Assembly: GCF_002113885.1 (NCBI RefSeq)
Contig: NW_018408737.1
Span: forward strand, 337,843 to 401,842
Length of the DNA: 64,000 bases
Source: Mizuhopecten yessoensis
Lineage: Eukaryota
Direction: 5' to 3'
Shown: positions 33,966-46,576 of the stretch, piece by piece
How positions within the stretch are numbered: the first letter of the stretch is position 1
Layout of the letters: each line of letters opens with the position of its first letter
Notes under the pieces: generated by a model
Databases searched by the model: none
What the model was told of the DNA's origin: nothing
Seen by the model: only the letters and a program-made list of their open reading frames with translations
Made by a program: the position numbers and the translations under genes

Positions 33966-36900
33966 TTTTAATATAAACTTTATTTCATTCCAAATTAAGT
34001 TGCATTACATCACATAACATACAAAGTACAGAGGAATGGGATCCGGAAACAAGTTGAAATAACTTAAATAAATCCGTTTCCGAGAATGTATCTCATTAAT
34101 TTAGGGTATGATGGTATAGTGACTGAATTCTATGGAAAGAAATATAAACACTTAAAACAGTAGCTTACTTTTAAACGTAGTTCAAGGGATATTTGAAATG
34201 AGAGTAAAAGNNNNNNNNNNNNNNNNNNNNNNNNNNNNNNNNNNNNNNNNNNNNNNNNNNNNNNNNNNNNNNNNNNNNNNNNNNNNNNNNNNNNNNNNNN
34301 NNNNNNNNNNNNNNNNNNNNNNNNNNNNNNNNNNNNNNNNNNNNNNNNNNNNNNNNNNNNNNNNNNNNNNNNNNNNNNNNNNNNNNNNNNNNNNNNNNNN
34401 NNNNNNNNNNNNNNNNNNNNNNNNNNNNNNNNNNNNNNNNNNNNNNNNNNNNNNNNNNNNNNNNNNNNNNNNNNNNNNNNNNNNNNNNNNNNNNNNNNNN
34501 NNNNNNNNNNNNNNNNNNNNNNNNNNNNNNNNNNNNNNNNNNNNNNNNNNNNNNNNNNNNNNNNNNNNNNNNNNNNNNNNNNNNNNNNNNNNNNNNNNNN
34601 NNNNNNNNNNNNNNNNNNNNNNNNNNNNNNNNNNNNNNNNNNNNNNNNNNNNNNNNNNNNNNNNNNNNNNNNNNNNNNNNNNNNNNNNNNNNNNNNNNNN
34701 NNNNNNNNNNNNNNNNNNNNNNNNNNNNNNNNNNNNNNNNNNNNNNNNNNNNNNNNNNNNNNNNNNNNNNNNNNNNNNNNNNNNNNNNNNNNNNNNNNNN
34801 NNNNNNNNNNNNNNNNNNNNNNNNNNNNNNNNNNNNNNNNNNNNNNNNNNNNNNNNNNNNNNNNNNNNNNNNNNNNNNNNNNNNNNNNNNNNNNNNNNNN
34901 NNNNNNNNNNNNNNNNNNNNNNNNNNNNNNNNNNNNNNNNNNNNNNNNNNNNNNNNNNNNNNNNNNNNNNNNNNNNNNNNNNNNNNNNNNNNNNNNNNNN
35001 NNNNNNNNNNNNNNNNNNNNNNNNNNNNNNNNNNNNNNNNNNNNNNNNNNNNNNNNNNNNNNNNNNNNNNNNNNNNTTTTTCTACTAATGAGCAGGGTTT
35101 CTGTTTTGGATGGGTTAAAATTTACTAACCATCTTTGCGACCAGTTATGAAACTTATTAAGGTCACTATTAAGAATATCTGCGCTGACTCTAGGAATATC
35201 AACGGTTACGTAAAGAGAGGTGTCATCAGCGAATAACTTTATTTTAGCTTGTATTTCTTTAACAATGTCATTTATATGTATCAAAAATAAAAGAGGTCCA
35301 AGAATTGAGCCCTGTGGAACACCAGCCTTAACATTTAACCAATTTGAATTTTTACCATTGATGACAACTCTCTGCTTTCGATCGGAAAGATAATTTTCAA
35401 ACCAAACTAATAGCGAATTTCGAATCCCATAGCTGGATAATTTACAAAGAAGGCCTTTATGCCAAACTCGATCGAAAGCTTTGCTTATATCACAGAAGAC
35501 CATACGTATTTCCTTACCATTGTCTAAGGCTAAATATATATCATGAATGATCGCAAGAAGTGGATTTGATGGTGAGTCACCGTGCCTAAACCCAGATTGA
35601 TGGGGGGATAGGAGGGAGTGAGTGTGAAAGAAATTGTAGACATATTTGAAGACACATTTTCCCATTAATTTACCAGCGATCGATAGCAGTGATATAGGTC
35701 TGTAATTCGTTAATATAGACTTGTTATCTTTTTTATGCACAGGGGTGACGTTAGCAAGCTTCCATTCAGATGGGTATAAACCAGACCTAATTGACCTGTT
35801 AAAGAGATTTCTTAAGGGGACACATATGATATTTACTGATTCTTTAAGAAGACGAGGATTTACCAGGTCAGGACCAATGGCCTTAGAACAGTCAGTGGTA
35901 AGAATAGCATCTTTGACATCATTAGCTGTGATGTTAATATCAGATAAGGAATTATTACATTCGTCGTTAATGTTAGGGAGATTTACGTTGGAATCATCAA
36001 CTGTAGACTGGGCACAAAAGAAGTCGTTAAATAAGCAAGCTTTCTCAAAGTCATCCGAGACAGTGCTATTGTTAAGAAGCAATGGTGGTATACAAAATTT
36101 ACCAGAGTTAGGTAATAGTTGCTTTACAGTTTTCCACCATTGTTTAGCACTAATGTTGGAAGGTTTGCGAAGTTCGCTACATAAATTAGAAAAATATGTT
36201 AATTTGGCGTGCTTGATTGTGTTAACACATTTGTTACGAAGTCGACGAAACTTTGCCCAGTGAGCTTCAGTAAGGGTACGCTTGGCTTTTGTATGAGCGC
36301 GCTTACGGTTACGAATTGATCTCCTTATTTCGTTTGATAGCCAAGGGGGTTCATTAGATCTGATGGTTATTTTTTTATTCGGAATACAAGATTTAGCAAT
36401 AGTAAGTAAAATATCTAAGAACTTTTTGACACCATCATCAATATCATCAAAATCACTCAATAAATTCCAGTTAACTGAGCTGAGTTTTTCCCTAAATAAA
36501 TCGTAATTTCCTAGGTCAAAAAGCCAAACGTTTCGCTTAAACACCTGCTGCACTGGCTTTGAAATATTAAAAGAACAGTAAATTGGACAATGGTATCTAA
36601 CCGGTTGGTCAAGGAAGCTTTCTCCAACATAACAGTTATTTATAAGGTTATTACTACTAGTACAGACTATATCTAACAATGACTCCGAGGCTACTGTATA
36701 AAAAGTTGGTGATTCAACAAGCTGAGTTAGATTAAAGGAAGCAAGTATATCGCGTAAGTGGGAAGAATGGTGGTCTACTAGGGCATTTGCATTGAAGTCT
36801 CCGGTTATCACAATATGAGTGATGCCTGTATTATACGCTTTTTCTATAGAATGCGAGATATGAGACCATATGATGACAGGAGAGTTTGGAGGACGATAAA

Positions 36901-37000
36901 AAGTACCATATAATATTTTCTCTGAACCAAGTACAATATCTAACCAGACACATTCAATGGTAGCTAACTCTATATCTGATCTTCTTTTTGCAGGAATATT
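33966..37000 (-). mobile_element. CR1/L2-group LINE, 5'-truncated, APE endonuclease + reverse transcriptase ORF (interrupted by assembly gap)
   Basis: YRPP, GDFNA, NYRPISLL, QSGFR, DISKAFDRVWH, GVPQGSILGP, LFADD; stop-free 35077-~37000; 3' end with AATAAA at ~33980. Confidence 0.93.
34211..35076. other. Assembly gap (N run)
   Basis: 866 N; there is also a single N at 41367. Confidence 0.99.
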
Positions 37001-37054
37001 ATAATTTAATAATATAATATATTTGAAGCAAATCATCAATTCTGCAAGGGATTT

Positions 37055-37135
37055 ACTCATTAGTCGCCTCATACGATACATGCAATGGGTAACAGCAGGT
37101 GTATTCTTTTCACGGTCCCCCACCTGCAGGGGTTT
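37055..37135 (-). mobile_element. Fragment of the 5' module seen on the long SINE at 48354-48925
   Basis: Minus strand: cctgcaggtggggg...aatacacctgctgttacccattgcatgtatcgtatgaggcgactaa. Confidence 0.5.
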
Positions 37136-37227
37136 CGACCATTTGTTGGCCCTAATAACCTTTCCTGATGGGCCATTAAGCATTTAATATTAAATAGTAA
37201 TGCTCTTTTTCTTTTTTCACATGACCC

Positions 37228-38190
37228 TGGTTATAACCCCGACTCAACCTTTAAACCTCTATCGACCTTCGTAAAACTTCGGTTGAAAGCGCAGAGAGAC
37301 AAAGCTATCTGTTGGATAATCTCTAGTTGCCTGCAGAGGAAAAGCATTATGAAACAAGATATACTAAGTAAGTCTGCCAAATTCGGAAACAAATTCTGGA
37401 TGTTGGTGGAGGCGTGCAGCGGGTATGTCATAAATATGACCTGTGTATCGTGGTAAGACATTATCCGACACCAAGAGAACAACGAACAAATGTGATAGTG
37501 GGTCTCGTGTGTGCTTGCGACTATTTACACAGAGGTAACCATATCTTTTGCAGCATTTCCCCCCCAGTTCAATATCACTGGCAAGATCTTTGTTAATACA
37601 CTACGAAAAAGTAGACCAATGCAAAGAACAAGAAAAGCTGCTAATCTAAATACCGGAGGAAGCATTTTTATGAGGTTTGAAAACATCCTCTGAATGTCGC
37701 ATAGGAGTGAGAGTGCAAAACAACATGTTCGCTTTCTAAGCACTGTATTACCTGCCTCTACACTCAACGGCTAACCTCATATTGTGACGGCTTATGACCG
37801 TTTCATTGGTGGAGTTGATATATCTGATGCCATGGTAGATGTGTATTCTTGGAATCGGAAATCATTGGAAGTTTGGAAGAAAATGATACTGCACATCTTT
37901 TAAAGGGTTATGCTGAGTGCTTATATTTTGTACACAAAGATCTCATCAGACTAGCTGGTGTCAACAAGATAACAATTTACGCAATTAGTTGTCGAGTCCC
38001 CTGCTGGGAATGCCATGGCAGAAGTTACAAAACGAGTGCGGCGTTTTGTCCGGGCGGAAGTTATAAAAGATGGTAAAGAAAAATACTTTGAAGTGCTCAG
38101 GGCAAAGGTGTTGGACGCCGACGTAGGAGTCGAACTCGGTGTACCGTATGCTTGAGAGGAGTGCATCGCCACTGCCGAAGCGCACAAGAT
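37228..38190 (+). pseudogene. Decayed piggyBac transposase
   Basis: KLSVG*SLVACRGKSIMKQDILSKSAKFGNKFWMLVEACSGYV, NTLRKSR, AYDRFIGGVDISDAM..Y...RKS..VWKKM...F...MLSAYILY, and C-terminal RRRRSRTRCTVCLRGVHRHC; stops and frameshifts present. Confidence 0.88.
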
Positions 38191-38608
38191 ATATATAAAA
38201 AATATAAGTTGATCCGTAGATTACTAGTCGTAGCAATTTGTCTAGGTCAGAGGAATCTTAAGTTATGATACACCACTTTCAGCAGTTAAAAAAAGATCCA
38301 TAAATCAGAAAAGAAATATTATGAAAGCAGGAAACTGTACTCTGAGTATGTACATTTTATTATGATTCATGTTCATTTAAGTTTGTTTATATTCGTCTGG
38401 AGACTGCATTAAAATATTCTGATGGTAACGCAATGTTTTTTTTTCCTTTCTTCTCTGAAACATTTTTCAAAAGAAAGGGGACAGCATGTCAACGTAAACA
38501 TGAACTTACCGATCAGATTCTCAGCTTTCCATTGGTTTATGTTGATTAGGATATATGTGCGTTTACGTTTCCGATTTAGGTTTTTACTTTGATTAAAACA
38601 TTATCAAA

Positions 38609-39327
38609 ATACTTCCCTCATTAGAGTGTGACAGTGCCTAGGGTCACCCTGAGGGTATCACTGTATTATGACAGTGACATGAGAGGAGCGACCCTAGGCA
38701 CTGTCACACTCTAATGAGTGTAGTATGTATTTCATCATACCGAAAGTCCTTCATTTGCAAAGTAACAAATACATGTAAATAGTATTTTAATATATAAATT
38801 GAACAGTGAACTATTCAAGCTTAAACAATAAAGTTAGTGTTTTTAACACTCCGAAATATCATGGCCGTTATAACAATTTAATTGTTGAAATAATCGGGTT
38901 ACCGAACAGTTTCTTCATATCATCAGTTAAGGTGTCCTTGTGTTTCACTCCCCCGAAACCTCGTTATTTTTCATTCACAACTGCTCGTACTTGTTTGTTT
39001 GACGGTACCAGCTGCGTGCTTTTAGAGTCCTTATCCGTCAACAGTTTATACTTCACATCGGCGATTGTTTATCCCGACTACCACGCGAATGAAGCACTTG
39101 GAAATCTCACTCATCCCAGCGTTACATCGTCGTACTAATCAACTGTAGCGACATGGACATGCATCTTCGTTGCGGGGTCACTAATTTGCACTGTCAAACC
39201 ACAATGTTGCCGGTTGCCAGGGCGTTTGGAAGCACCCTTCCATTGACTAATGTTAAAGCGAGTGTGACAGTGTGAAATGAACAATTTGTCTCGACCAGTC
39301 AGGATTTGCACTAGAGGTATAATAATA
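38609..39327 (-). mobile_element. Crypton-like element (palindrome + tyrosine-recombinase/DUF3504-like remnant) nested in the piggyBac
   Basis: Perfect 29-bp arms 38617-38645/38690-38718, second inverted pair tcatcatacc/ggtataata, third arm copy at 39260; minus-strand remnant LLTDKD...VRAVVNEK*RGFGGVKHKDTLTDDMKKLF. Confidence 0.65.
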
Positions 39328-39454
39328 GCATATATTGCCTAACAGAACAAGTATTTTCCAGAACATTCCACGCTAGTGCGACGAACACACATGCATGGAT
39401 GACGTCATGTACAATGCCGACCGTGACGTAAAAAAATCGTTAAAAGCTGATTGG

Positions 39455-39529
39455 CCTATATCGGCCCTGTGGCAGTCAACGTAAAAATCAGACCAGTCCG
39501 AATCGGCCCTGTGGTACTCTAAAGGTTAA
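39455..39529 (+). mobile_element. piggyBac right terminal repeat with TTAA
   Basis: Repeated atcggccctgtgg, ending gtactctaaagg|ttaa; left TIR not found in the window. Confidence 0.65.
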
Positions 39530-39962
39530 GCGTTGTTATAAGATTTAAGATCCAATTCTGTTCGGATTTATCCCTTATTCGGTGCGAATAGACAAAAACT
39601 CCTACTTGCTGTATTGAATTGTTACTTTCATGTTAATTATGTTACATTAGTTCAATAGTGTTATTAGAGTACCTTTACAATTCAGAAGCAATAGCTTTCT
39701 CTCTCTATATGTAAATAATGTTTAAATCAAAATAAGAATACCATGTCGTTGTGGGAAACTTCTGGATTTGTCCATGATGTCATCACAGTATCGTTCGCGT
39801 TCTAGGGTAAATGCCGGTAAATACGGACGGCAGGGAAATACAGACGATGTAGTACGTAACTTGAAAGATAGCCAATCACTTTCATTATATTTCCGTAGAC
39901 TGCGCAACTTTTCGTTCTCAAAATATTACTTTTCGCATATCAATTCCAGTCGATTGTAAATT

Positions 39963-40790
39963 TAACAGCGGACCTGTATCGCTCAACTGAATATTTTAGC
40001 AGTCATAGCAAACTATTCTCATTAAATATTATATTGCACTACAAATATTTCCCTCGCAAACTTTGTCGGCTCCATCTGTTGATACTACCCTACCCGGCAA
40101 ATAATATTATAAAATTCTATGGTTTTTTTTATTCTTCTCCAGAAGTTGTTTGAAATATTTTTCCCTGTGACCTTGCAAGTAGGTCAATATCATGTTCCTT
40201 CTCAAACTTTGTTAGCACTATCCCAAAAGGCTAACAACCAAATCTTATGAATCCATTCCTTTTGGTTCTTCAGAACAAATCCTTTGAAATGTTGATGAAC
40301 TCTGTGACCTTCAAAGTAGGTTGAGGTCATTTTCATTTGCAATCTTTGGTAAGCTTTTTCCCATGAAGCCACCAGCTAAATATTATAAGTTTATGCCTTT
40401 CGATTATTCAGAAGAAGTCGTTTGATGTTTTTGACATATTTGACACCTGTCACCTTGAAAGTAGGTTAAGGTTATTTTCATTCTCAAACTTTGTCGGGCT
40501 CTATCTCAGGAAGCCAACAGCCAAATATGAAGGTTCTATACCTTTAAGTTCTTCAGAAGAAGTCTTTTAAAGAGTTTGACATATTTGACCGCTGTGACCT
40601 TGAAAAAGTAAGTCAAGGTCATTTTCAATCTCAAACTTTGTCGGGCTCTATATCAGGAAGCCACCAGCCAAATATGAAGATTCTATACCTTTTGTTCTTC
40701 AGAAGAAGTCGTTTGACATATTTGACCGCTGTGACCTTGAAAGTAGGTCAAGGTCATTTTGATAAGGAAACTTTGTAGCACTCCATCCCA
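39963..40790 (-). mobile_element. HINE-like element, B subfamily, 5'-truncated
   Basis: Reverse complement of the element B tail (9770-9880) and its 145-bp units. Confidence 0.85.
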
Positions 40791-41367
40791 GGTACTTACC
40801 GGCATAATATTATCACCAATGCCCGCGAAATTTGGATACGAGAAACCACGAGGAATGAAACAGTGATCAAGGTACATTTTCCTTTTAGACTGTTGTATTT
40901 ATTTTATTTTCCAATGATTGTATAATTTCAATTTTATTTGCAACTTTAAATGTCAAAAGTGCTGATCTCAAGACAAGCGACCTGTCTACAGAAAATAACC
41001 AAGATGTCGCTTCAATTACTGTGCCGGTAAATTATGATTCTACCATTCCCATAACTGCAGCAACAGAGCCTTCAAATGATGAAATAAGCAGAGCGGTAGC
41101 CTCCATTTCCTAGATTTCTATAGAAAGTGGTCAAGTTGTCGACGCAGCTGATGTGCCAGTAACTCGTTTGTGTGCAACGGAACCTTCAAACGATGAAATA
41201 GTCAGGGCGGTAGCCTGAATTTGTTCCTATTCGAACAATATAGAAATCTCCGTTGACGTTCATCGTGATTTCAATGGTCACAACATAGGGCATGTACCTG
41301 ACGTAAACATTAAAACACCGAGTCCGACCCTATCGCGGATGCTACACCTTACAATGACACCCGCGCN

Positions 41368-41600
41368 CAGAAGAAGAAGGATTTTAAAGAATTTGCTATA
41401 TTGCCCCTATTGGACCCCGCCCCTCAGCCCCCAGGTTGTCCACACCCACCGTTTATACAAAATTGAGTCCCCTTGGCCTAAGCTTCAGACCAAATTTAGT
41501 CAAAATCTACTCCGCCGTTTAGGACTAGTAGTGTTTTAAAGGAAAAGTTGACGGACGGACGGACGACGCAGTATGGCATCAGCTCACCAGGTGAGCTAAT
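41368..41600 (-). mobile_element. 5' portion of an A-type HINE
   Basis: Hairpin agctcaccaggtgagct, (ggac)n, one ~150-bp A unit; cut at the single N. Confidence 0.75.
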
Positions 41601-41802
41601 AAATAAAAAAGGGCAATTATTTTTGGAAAATTTGTCGAATCAAAATTATTTTCAGGGAGACACAACTTCATATCATGAGTATAATGTATACCAAGTTTCA
41701 AAAAGATCGGTCGAAAAATGTAGGAGGAGATTGCCGGATTAACGAAAGTTCACGCCGGACGGACGGACGGACGCCATACCAAATTTGACGGGCGTATAAA
41801 AA
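41601..41802 (-). mobile_element. pearl/HINE-like element end (different subfamily)
   Basis: accaagtttca...(ggac)n...gacgggcgtataaaa. Confidence 0.6.
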
Positions 41803-42046
41803 GTAATCTTGACACACCATCTTTATGGAATTTTGAAATAGAAAATTAGTTTTCGCCATTTTGTAGTACTAAAAAAACATCAAACGGAAATACCAAAATC
41901 ATCAGTCATAGAATACTCACTTTCTCGAGCATCATAGACATGAACCGAGAAGCACATGGAAAGAAAGAAGAAAAAGTGCGTAAAGACGCTGAACAAAAGA
42001 AAGAGAAGGAACAAAAATTATAACTAAAAAAGGAAAAACTTGATTT

Positions 42047-42230
42047 TGGTATTGGTTTAGGATTGTTTATGGTCCTATCAACAGCTATGGCCATTTAAGG
42101 ACGGCCTCTTCTGTGTGCAAGATTCATGCATGCAGTGTATGCGTGTGTGTTTTGGGAGGTTGCGATATGTTCGTGTTTGTCTCCTTGTTATAGCGCAGAA
42201 CTGATGCCAACTTTATAGTGCTACCTAACT
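42047..42230 (-). mobile_element. tRNA-SINE (Meta-type) 3' part
   Basis: gtcctatcaacagct..ggccatttaaggacggcct...ctttatagtgctacct. Confidence 0.72.
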
Positions 42231-42589
42231 ACCCTGGCTTGTCAGAGATGTCCAGCCGATTGATTGTTTCTTCTGTTAAATAATTATATAATAACATATC
42301 TGAACATTTACTATTGAATATATTTGTTCTATGTTTAATAAAGTTTAAATGAACATACCGTGAACAATATTGTTTATTATTTTTTGTTTACTCACCAATG
42401 AATGAAATGAATTTTTAGATTTCTATATTTCAATTACTTATTGCAAATGAAATGAAAGCTGTTACAACATCAAAACATTACATTATAATTAAGATTCTAT
42501 ATGACTTCATATGTTTCCTTAAAATTAGTCAATTAAAAATAAATAAAAAATGTTAATTTATTTAATTTGCTTACCATACTTCTTAAAGA

Positions 42590-43010
42590 AGTTCCCTGTC
42601 CGTCCCCTGTCCCTGACCTGTGGCTCTTTCTCAGAAAAATCAGGGTACCTGCTGATACACTGTTTACACCATTTGTCTGATGGTCCACTTTCCTTAAAAA
42701 ATGTTTCCCAATTTGTCGCACCAACTATTGACATCACGTAGCTTTTTAAATGGCGACGATTGAGGGGAAAACCACGCCTTCCCATGTACTTCTGATACTC
42801 GACCAGAGCAGTTTCTTCGTTGGTTGACAGCATCCTGGGTGGTCCACAACTAGTAAGAGTGCGACCCCTTGTGATTAACCCCTTTCATTAACTATAGTTT
42901 GTCTTGGACCCCCGTGTTCCGTTTCAGCCTTTGGTGGATTAAGTCTCCTCCTATTGACATCACTTACAGCTGCATCTATCTGATCTCTGGTATACAGTTT
43001 TCTTTTTGGC
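42590..43010 (-). pseudogene. pogo/Fot1-like transposase N-terminal fragment (HTH_psq + CENP-B-type HTH)
   Basis: KRKLYTRDQIDAAVSDV...PKAETEHGGPRQTI; LSTNEETALVEYQKYMGRRGFPLNRRHLKSYV...GPSDKW...RYP. Confidence 0.82.
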
Positions 43011-43489
43011 TGCAATATAAAATTGTTATTGTCATGTGAACAACCTTTTGGTAGTATCATATCAGACCGATGTATCTAGTCAAGTAATACTTATTAACAA
43101 GTCTTGATTTTCAAATATCAAAGCATAATGCATACCAAAGTAAATATAACATTAAATAGCTTAAATCAATATCAATTAATTAAATGAAGCATTATACAAT
43201 TGTTTTGCTTTTCTTTTATATGCTATTGTACCTTTTTTCATTACATGTATTTACTTTTGTGGATCATTCTCCACTTTTAACAAAATTATTTTTTAAAATT
43301 ATTATGTTGACACCATACACAATCTTACTTCAGAGGAATCGTGGCCATTTCATTAAATTCATTGTGGAAAACGTTCATTTCATTGTTCATGTTAAAATCT
43401 TGTACATGTACCTCAGGATTGGAAATTTAGAAAACCAAGCACAATATAATAAAGAACAAGATCATTCAACATATACTTGAAACATATCA

Positions 43490-43895
43490 ACTGTCGCAAA
43501 AGAAAAGGATCTTGGTTTCATCATCGACAAATTCTTAAAATGTAACGACCATATATCAGCTTCGGTATAAAAAGCCAACAGGATTCTAGGCCTAATATTC
43601 AGGAACTTCAAATATGTAGATGCAACAAAGTTTTTGACATTATATATAGCTCTTCAAAATTTTGTAAGTTATAGACGAAGTACTGTAGATCATGAAAATA
43701 TGTTCAAAATAGCACCAATGAGCGTAACAAGAGGAAACACTAGGAAGCTATTTTAATGGAAGACACGTAAACTTGTCTACAGCAACAACTTCTGTACCAG
43801 GGTGGAAGACATCTGGAATAATTTTCCAGACAATGTGGTAAATTGTTCAAATCAGAACATTTTTAAAAACAGACTAAATAGTTTTTGGAAAAAAC
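43490..43895 (+). mobile_element. Old CR1-type LINE fragment (RT C-terminal region)
   Basis: EKDLGFIIDKFLKCNDHISASV*KANRILGLIFRNF; RVEDIWNNFPDNVVN...IFKNRL. Confidence 0.75.
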
Positions 43896-43977
43896 AAAAT
43901 GCACTCTAAGCTGCCATAAGCGTCAACAACTATATGAACAACATATGTGTAATATTTCCGTTTTGTTTAATGTTGTT

Positions 43978-44075
43978 CCTCACCTTTGGCCTTTAGTTGA
44001 ACGTTCGCATCTTGCATCTTGCACACATGGGAGGCCGTCCTTAAATGAACATAGCTGTTGACGGGACGTTAATTA
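43978..44075 (+). mobile_element. Internally deleted tRNA-SINE (head fused to tail)
   Basis: cctcacctttggcctttagttgaacgttcgc joined to gggaggccgtccttaaatga...gacgttaa. Confidence 0.6.
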
Positions 44076-45218
44076 TATTATTTTTATTTTAACTTATAAT
44101 TTGTAAAATTACTCAAAAGAATTTATTATTTAAAGACTTAAGTTTTTTAATTGTGCTGGATAGCACACCAAAATATTAGTCCATGACCTTTAGGTTGCCG
44201 TCCTATTCCTTCCCCTATCTCCCTCTTCGATAAATCAGGGTGCTTTTTTCAAAAATCCCCTGAACCATTAATCACTGGGTCCCTTCTCTAAATTTAAATT
44301 TGTAGCCCTCCCCTCACTCTTGCATCATACATGGATATACTGTCGCACCATTTGTTTATTCATTGGGAAGCCTTGTCTTGCCATATACACTAAAGGGTTT
44401 GTGTGGGCTTACAAAGCCCTGGCTTTTTCATGTCAGGCATCTGCACATGGATATCTTTAATAGAAAATGTGTTTAATTTAGTTTACATTTTTTTCCCAGT
44501 TGATTACATTTCCTTTAGTTTTTACCGTTACATGTTGATATAATGATAAATGACGGATTTTATCTCTTAGTAAGGGAAGCATTAGATTTGAAAAGACATC
44601 AAAACTGCATGAATAACATTTAAATTGTAAACAAATGCAGTTAAAAATAACTTCAATTGTCGTCCGCTGGTAAATGTATAAGCAAGCTATACATTAAGTT
44701 TTTCTTGGCACTTGAAACTCTTTGGCAGCTTTACTTTAGGTAATCTTGTTAGTATGTACTGCAGAAACAGAAACCCATAGTGTTTCTTCATGTAGCCTCT
44801 TTTTGTTTTCGAATATGTCTACATTTTCCTAAAATATTTTAGGTTAGTATTTGCTTTGCTCTTAACATATACAAATTAGTTAAATTTTACTGAGTGTTTT
44901 GGACAAACTGTATTGCACATTTGAAAGAATGAATTGAATCTTTCCCTTTTTAAAACTGCATAATTTTTTTATTGCCTGGGGAAAATTACATAATATCACT
45001 TGCATATTACTTTAATATATTATTGTGAAGATGAAAAGAAATTTCATTTAGAAAAAAGTACTATTTCAACCAGCAACACATTGTACATGGGAAAAGGGCA
45101 AAACATGTGTATATGCAACTTGTATATCCATACAAAATAATGATTTGTCCCAGAAGATGATATGTCACTCCTGATTAAATGAGCGTTCTGCTCTCAGTGA
45201 GTTATGTGAAATTTCATT

Positions 45219-46576
45219 TCATTTCAGAATATTTATTGTTCAGATCTTAGATACAAAGGAATTGGGCAACAGGCAAAGCCTATGAGCGCCCTCTCCTTAC
45301 AGTTATAAACAGTTTACACACATCATATTGAATAGAAGTAATGATAAAACAAGTATAATATTTTTATAATTATGTACATGAATATTGATATTTGCATGTC
45401 ATTATTAATTTTTTTGGTAATGGTTGTACAAAAACCAGATTTTACAAAAAATGGCAATTGAAATTATGCTGGTGGACAGCACATAGTACAATTATGTACT
45501 GGTATCATTCACTACAGCAAAGTCATGAGATAAACAAGTAAGTGTAATCTAGTTAAAGCGTCTTGTATCTTTAACGAATCACTTAACCATCTCGAAGATA
45601 CTTATGTTCATATTGATATCGAGTCTTTGACATCCATAAAGAAAAGTCTGAGTATTTAATGGAATAATGTCATTAAAAGCAGAAATGGAGTTCAGGAGAA
45701 TTGCCTTTGATTAGTATACAGAGTACAATGGAAGAAGAAGTTATCACAATCATCAACAGGAGAACTACATAAGCAGGAGGGGTATCAATTAGGTGAGATT
45801 CAAATAGATCTGAATTCAGGTTACTGGCACAGTTTCTAAGTTGACATAAGGTAACATTAAATTTTCGATCACCATTGTATTTAAAAATATCAGTACATTG
45901 GGGTTGAGCACCCATTACATCCGAGTGTAAAAAATCTCTTTTTATAGATCCATTGGATGTCATTGTGGGATACAGGCAAGTTGGATTATTCCATTCAGAC
46001 ATCAGTTTCGGGAAAAAACTGGCATTATATAACTGAGTTCTTGGTATAGGAACATTAAACATTCTATTGTGGCGAAGATGATAATTGTCAGTATTATCAT
46101 TAATGTACGGTTGAATTATATCATAGACATGAGAGGGACATTTCCTATTATATATTTTATAAAAAGTAATATTTTGATGCAAATGTCTTCTTCTATTAAG
46201 TGTTATAAAACCAGATTCTCTATATAAGATAGCATGACTTGTTCCACGTCTTAACCCTAAGATAATACGTGCTGCTTCTAGTTGGATAGACTCCAAGACA
46301 CTGCATTCATTCTGCGTGCAGTTTGCCCATATAATATTTGCATATTCCAGAATTGGACGTATAAATGTGATTTATATAGTTTCGAGTGATTTTCTATCAA
46401 TTTTGTATTTCAACATTCTAAGTATATTAATTCTTTTATAAGCTTTTTCGTATATATAGTTTATGTGGTTAGACCAATTAGCCTTGTTGTTGAAAAACAA
46501 ACCTAGGTGTTTATGATTAGAAACATTAATAATTGATGATTCATCAAAATATAAGTTAGGATAGAGTGTCTCAGTC
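45219..46576 (-). mobile_element. 5'-truncated CR1-type LINE with 16-bp target-site duplication
   Basis: HKHLG..F...NWSNHI, IRPILEYA, ESIQLEAARIILGLRRGTSH; (TGAAA)n tail; tatgtgaaatttcatt at both 45203-45218 and 46577-46592. Confidence 0.9.

Noticed and set aside
34130-35088. 1017-aa and 296-aa ORFs spanning the N run
   Set aside because: Their lengths are inflated by the assembly gap. The N-terminal ~60 aa of the 1017-aa ORF also come from flanking SINE-module DNA, not the LINE.
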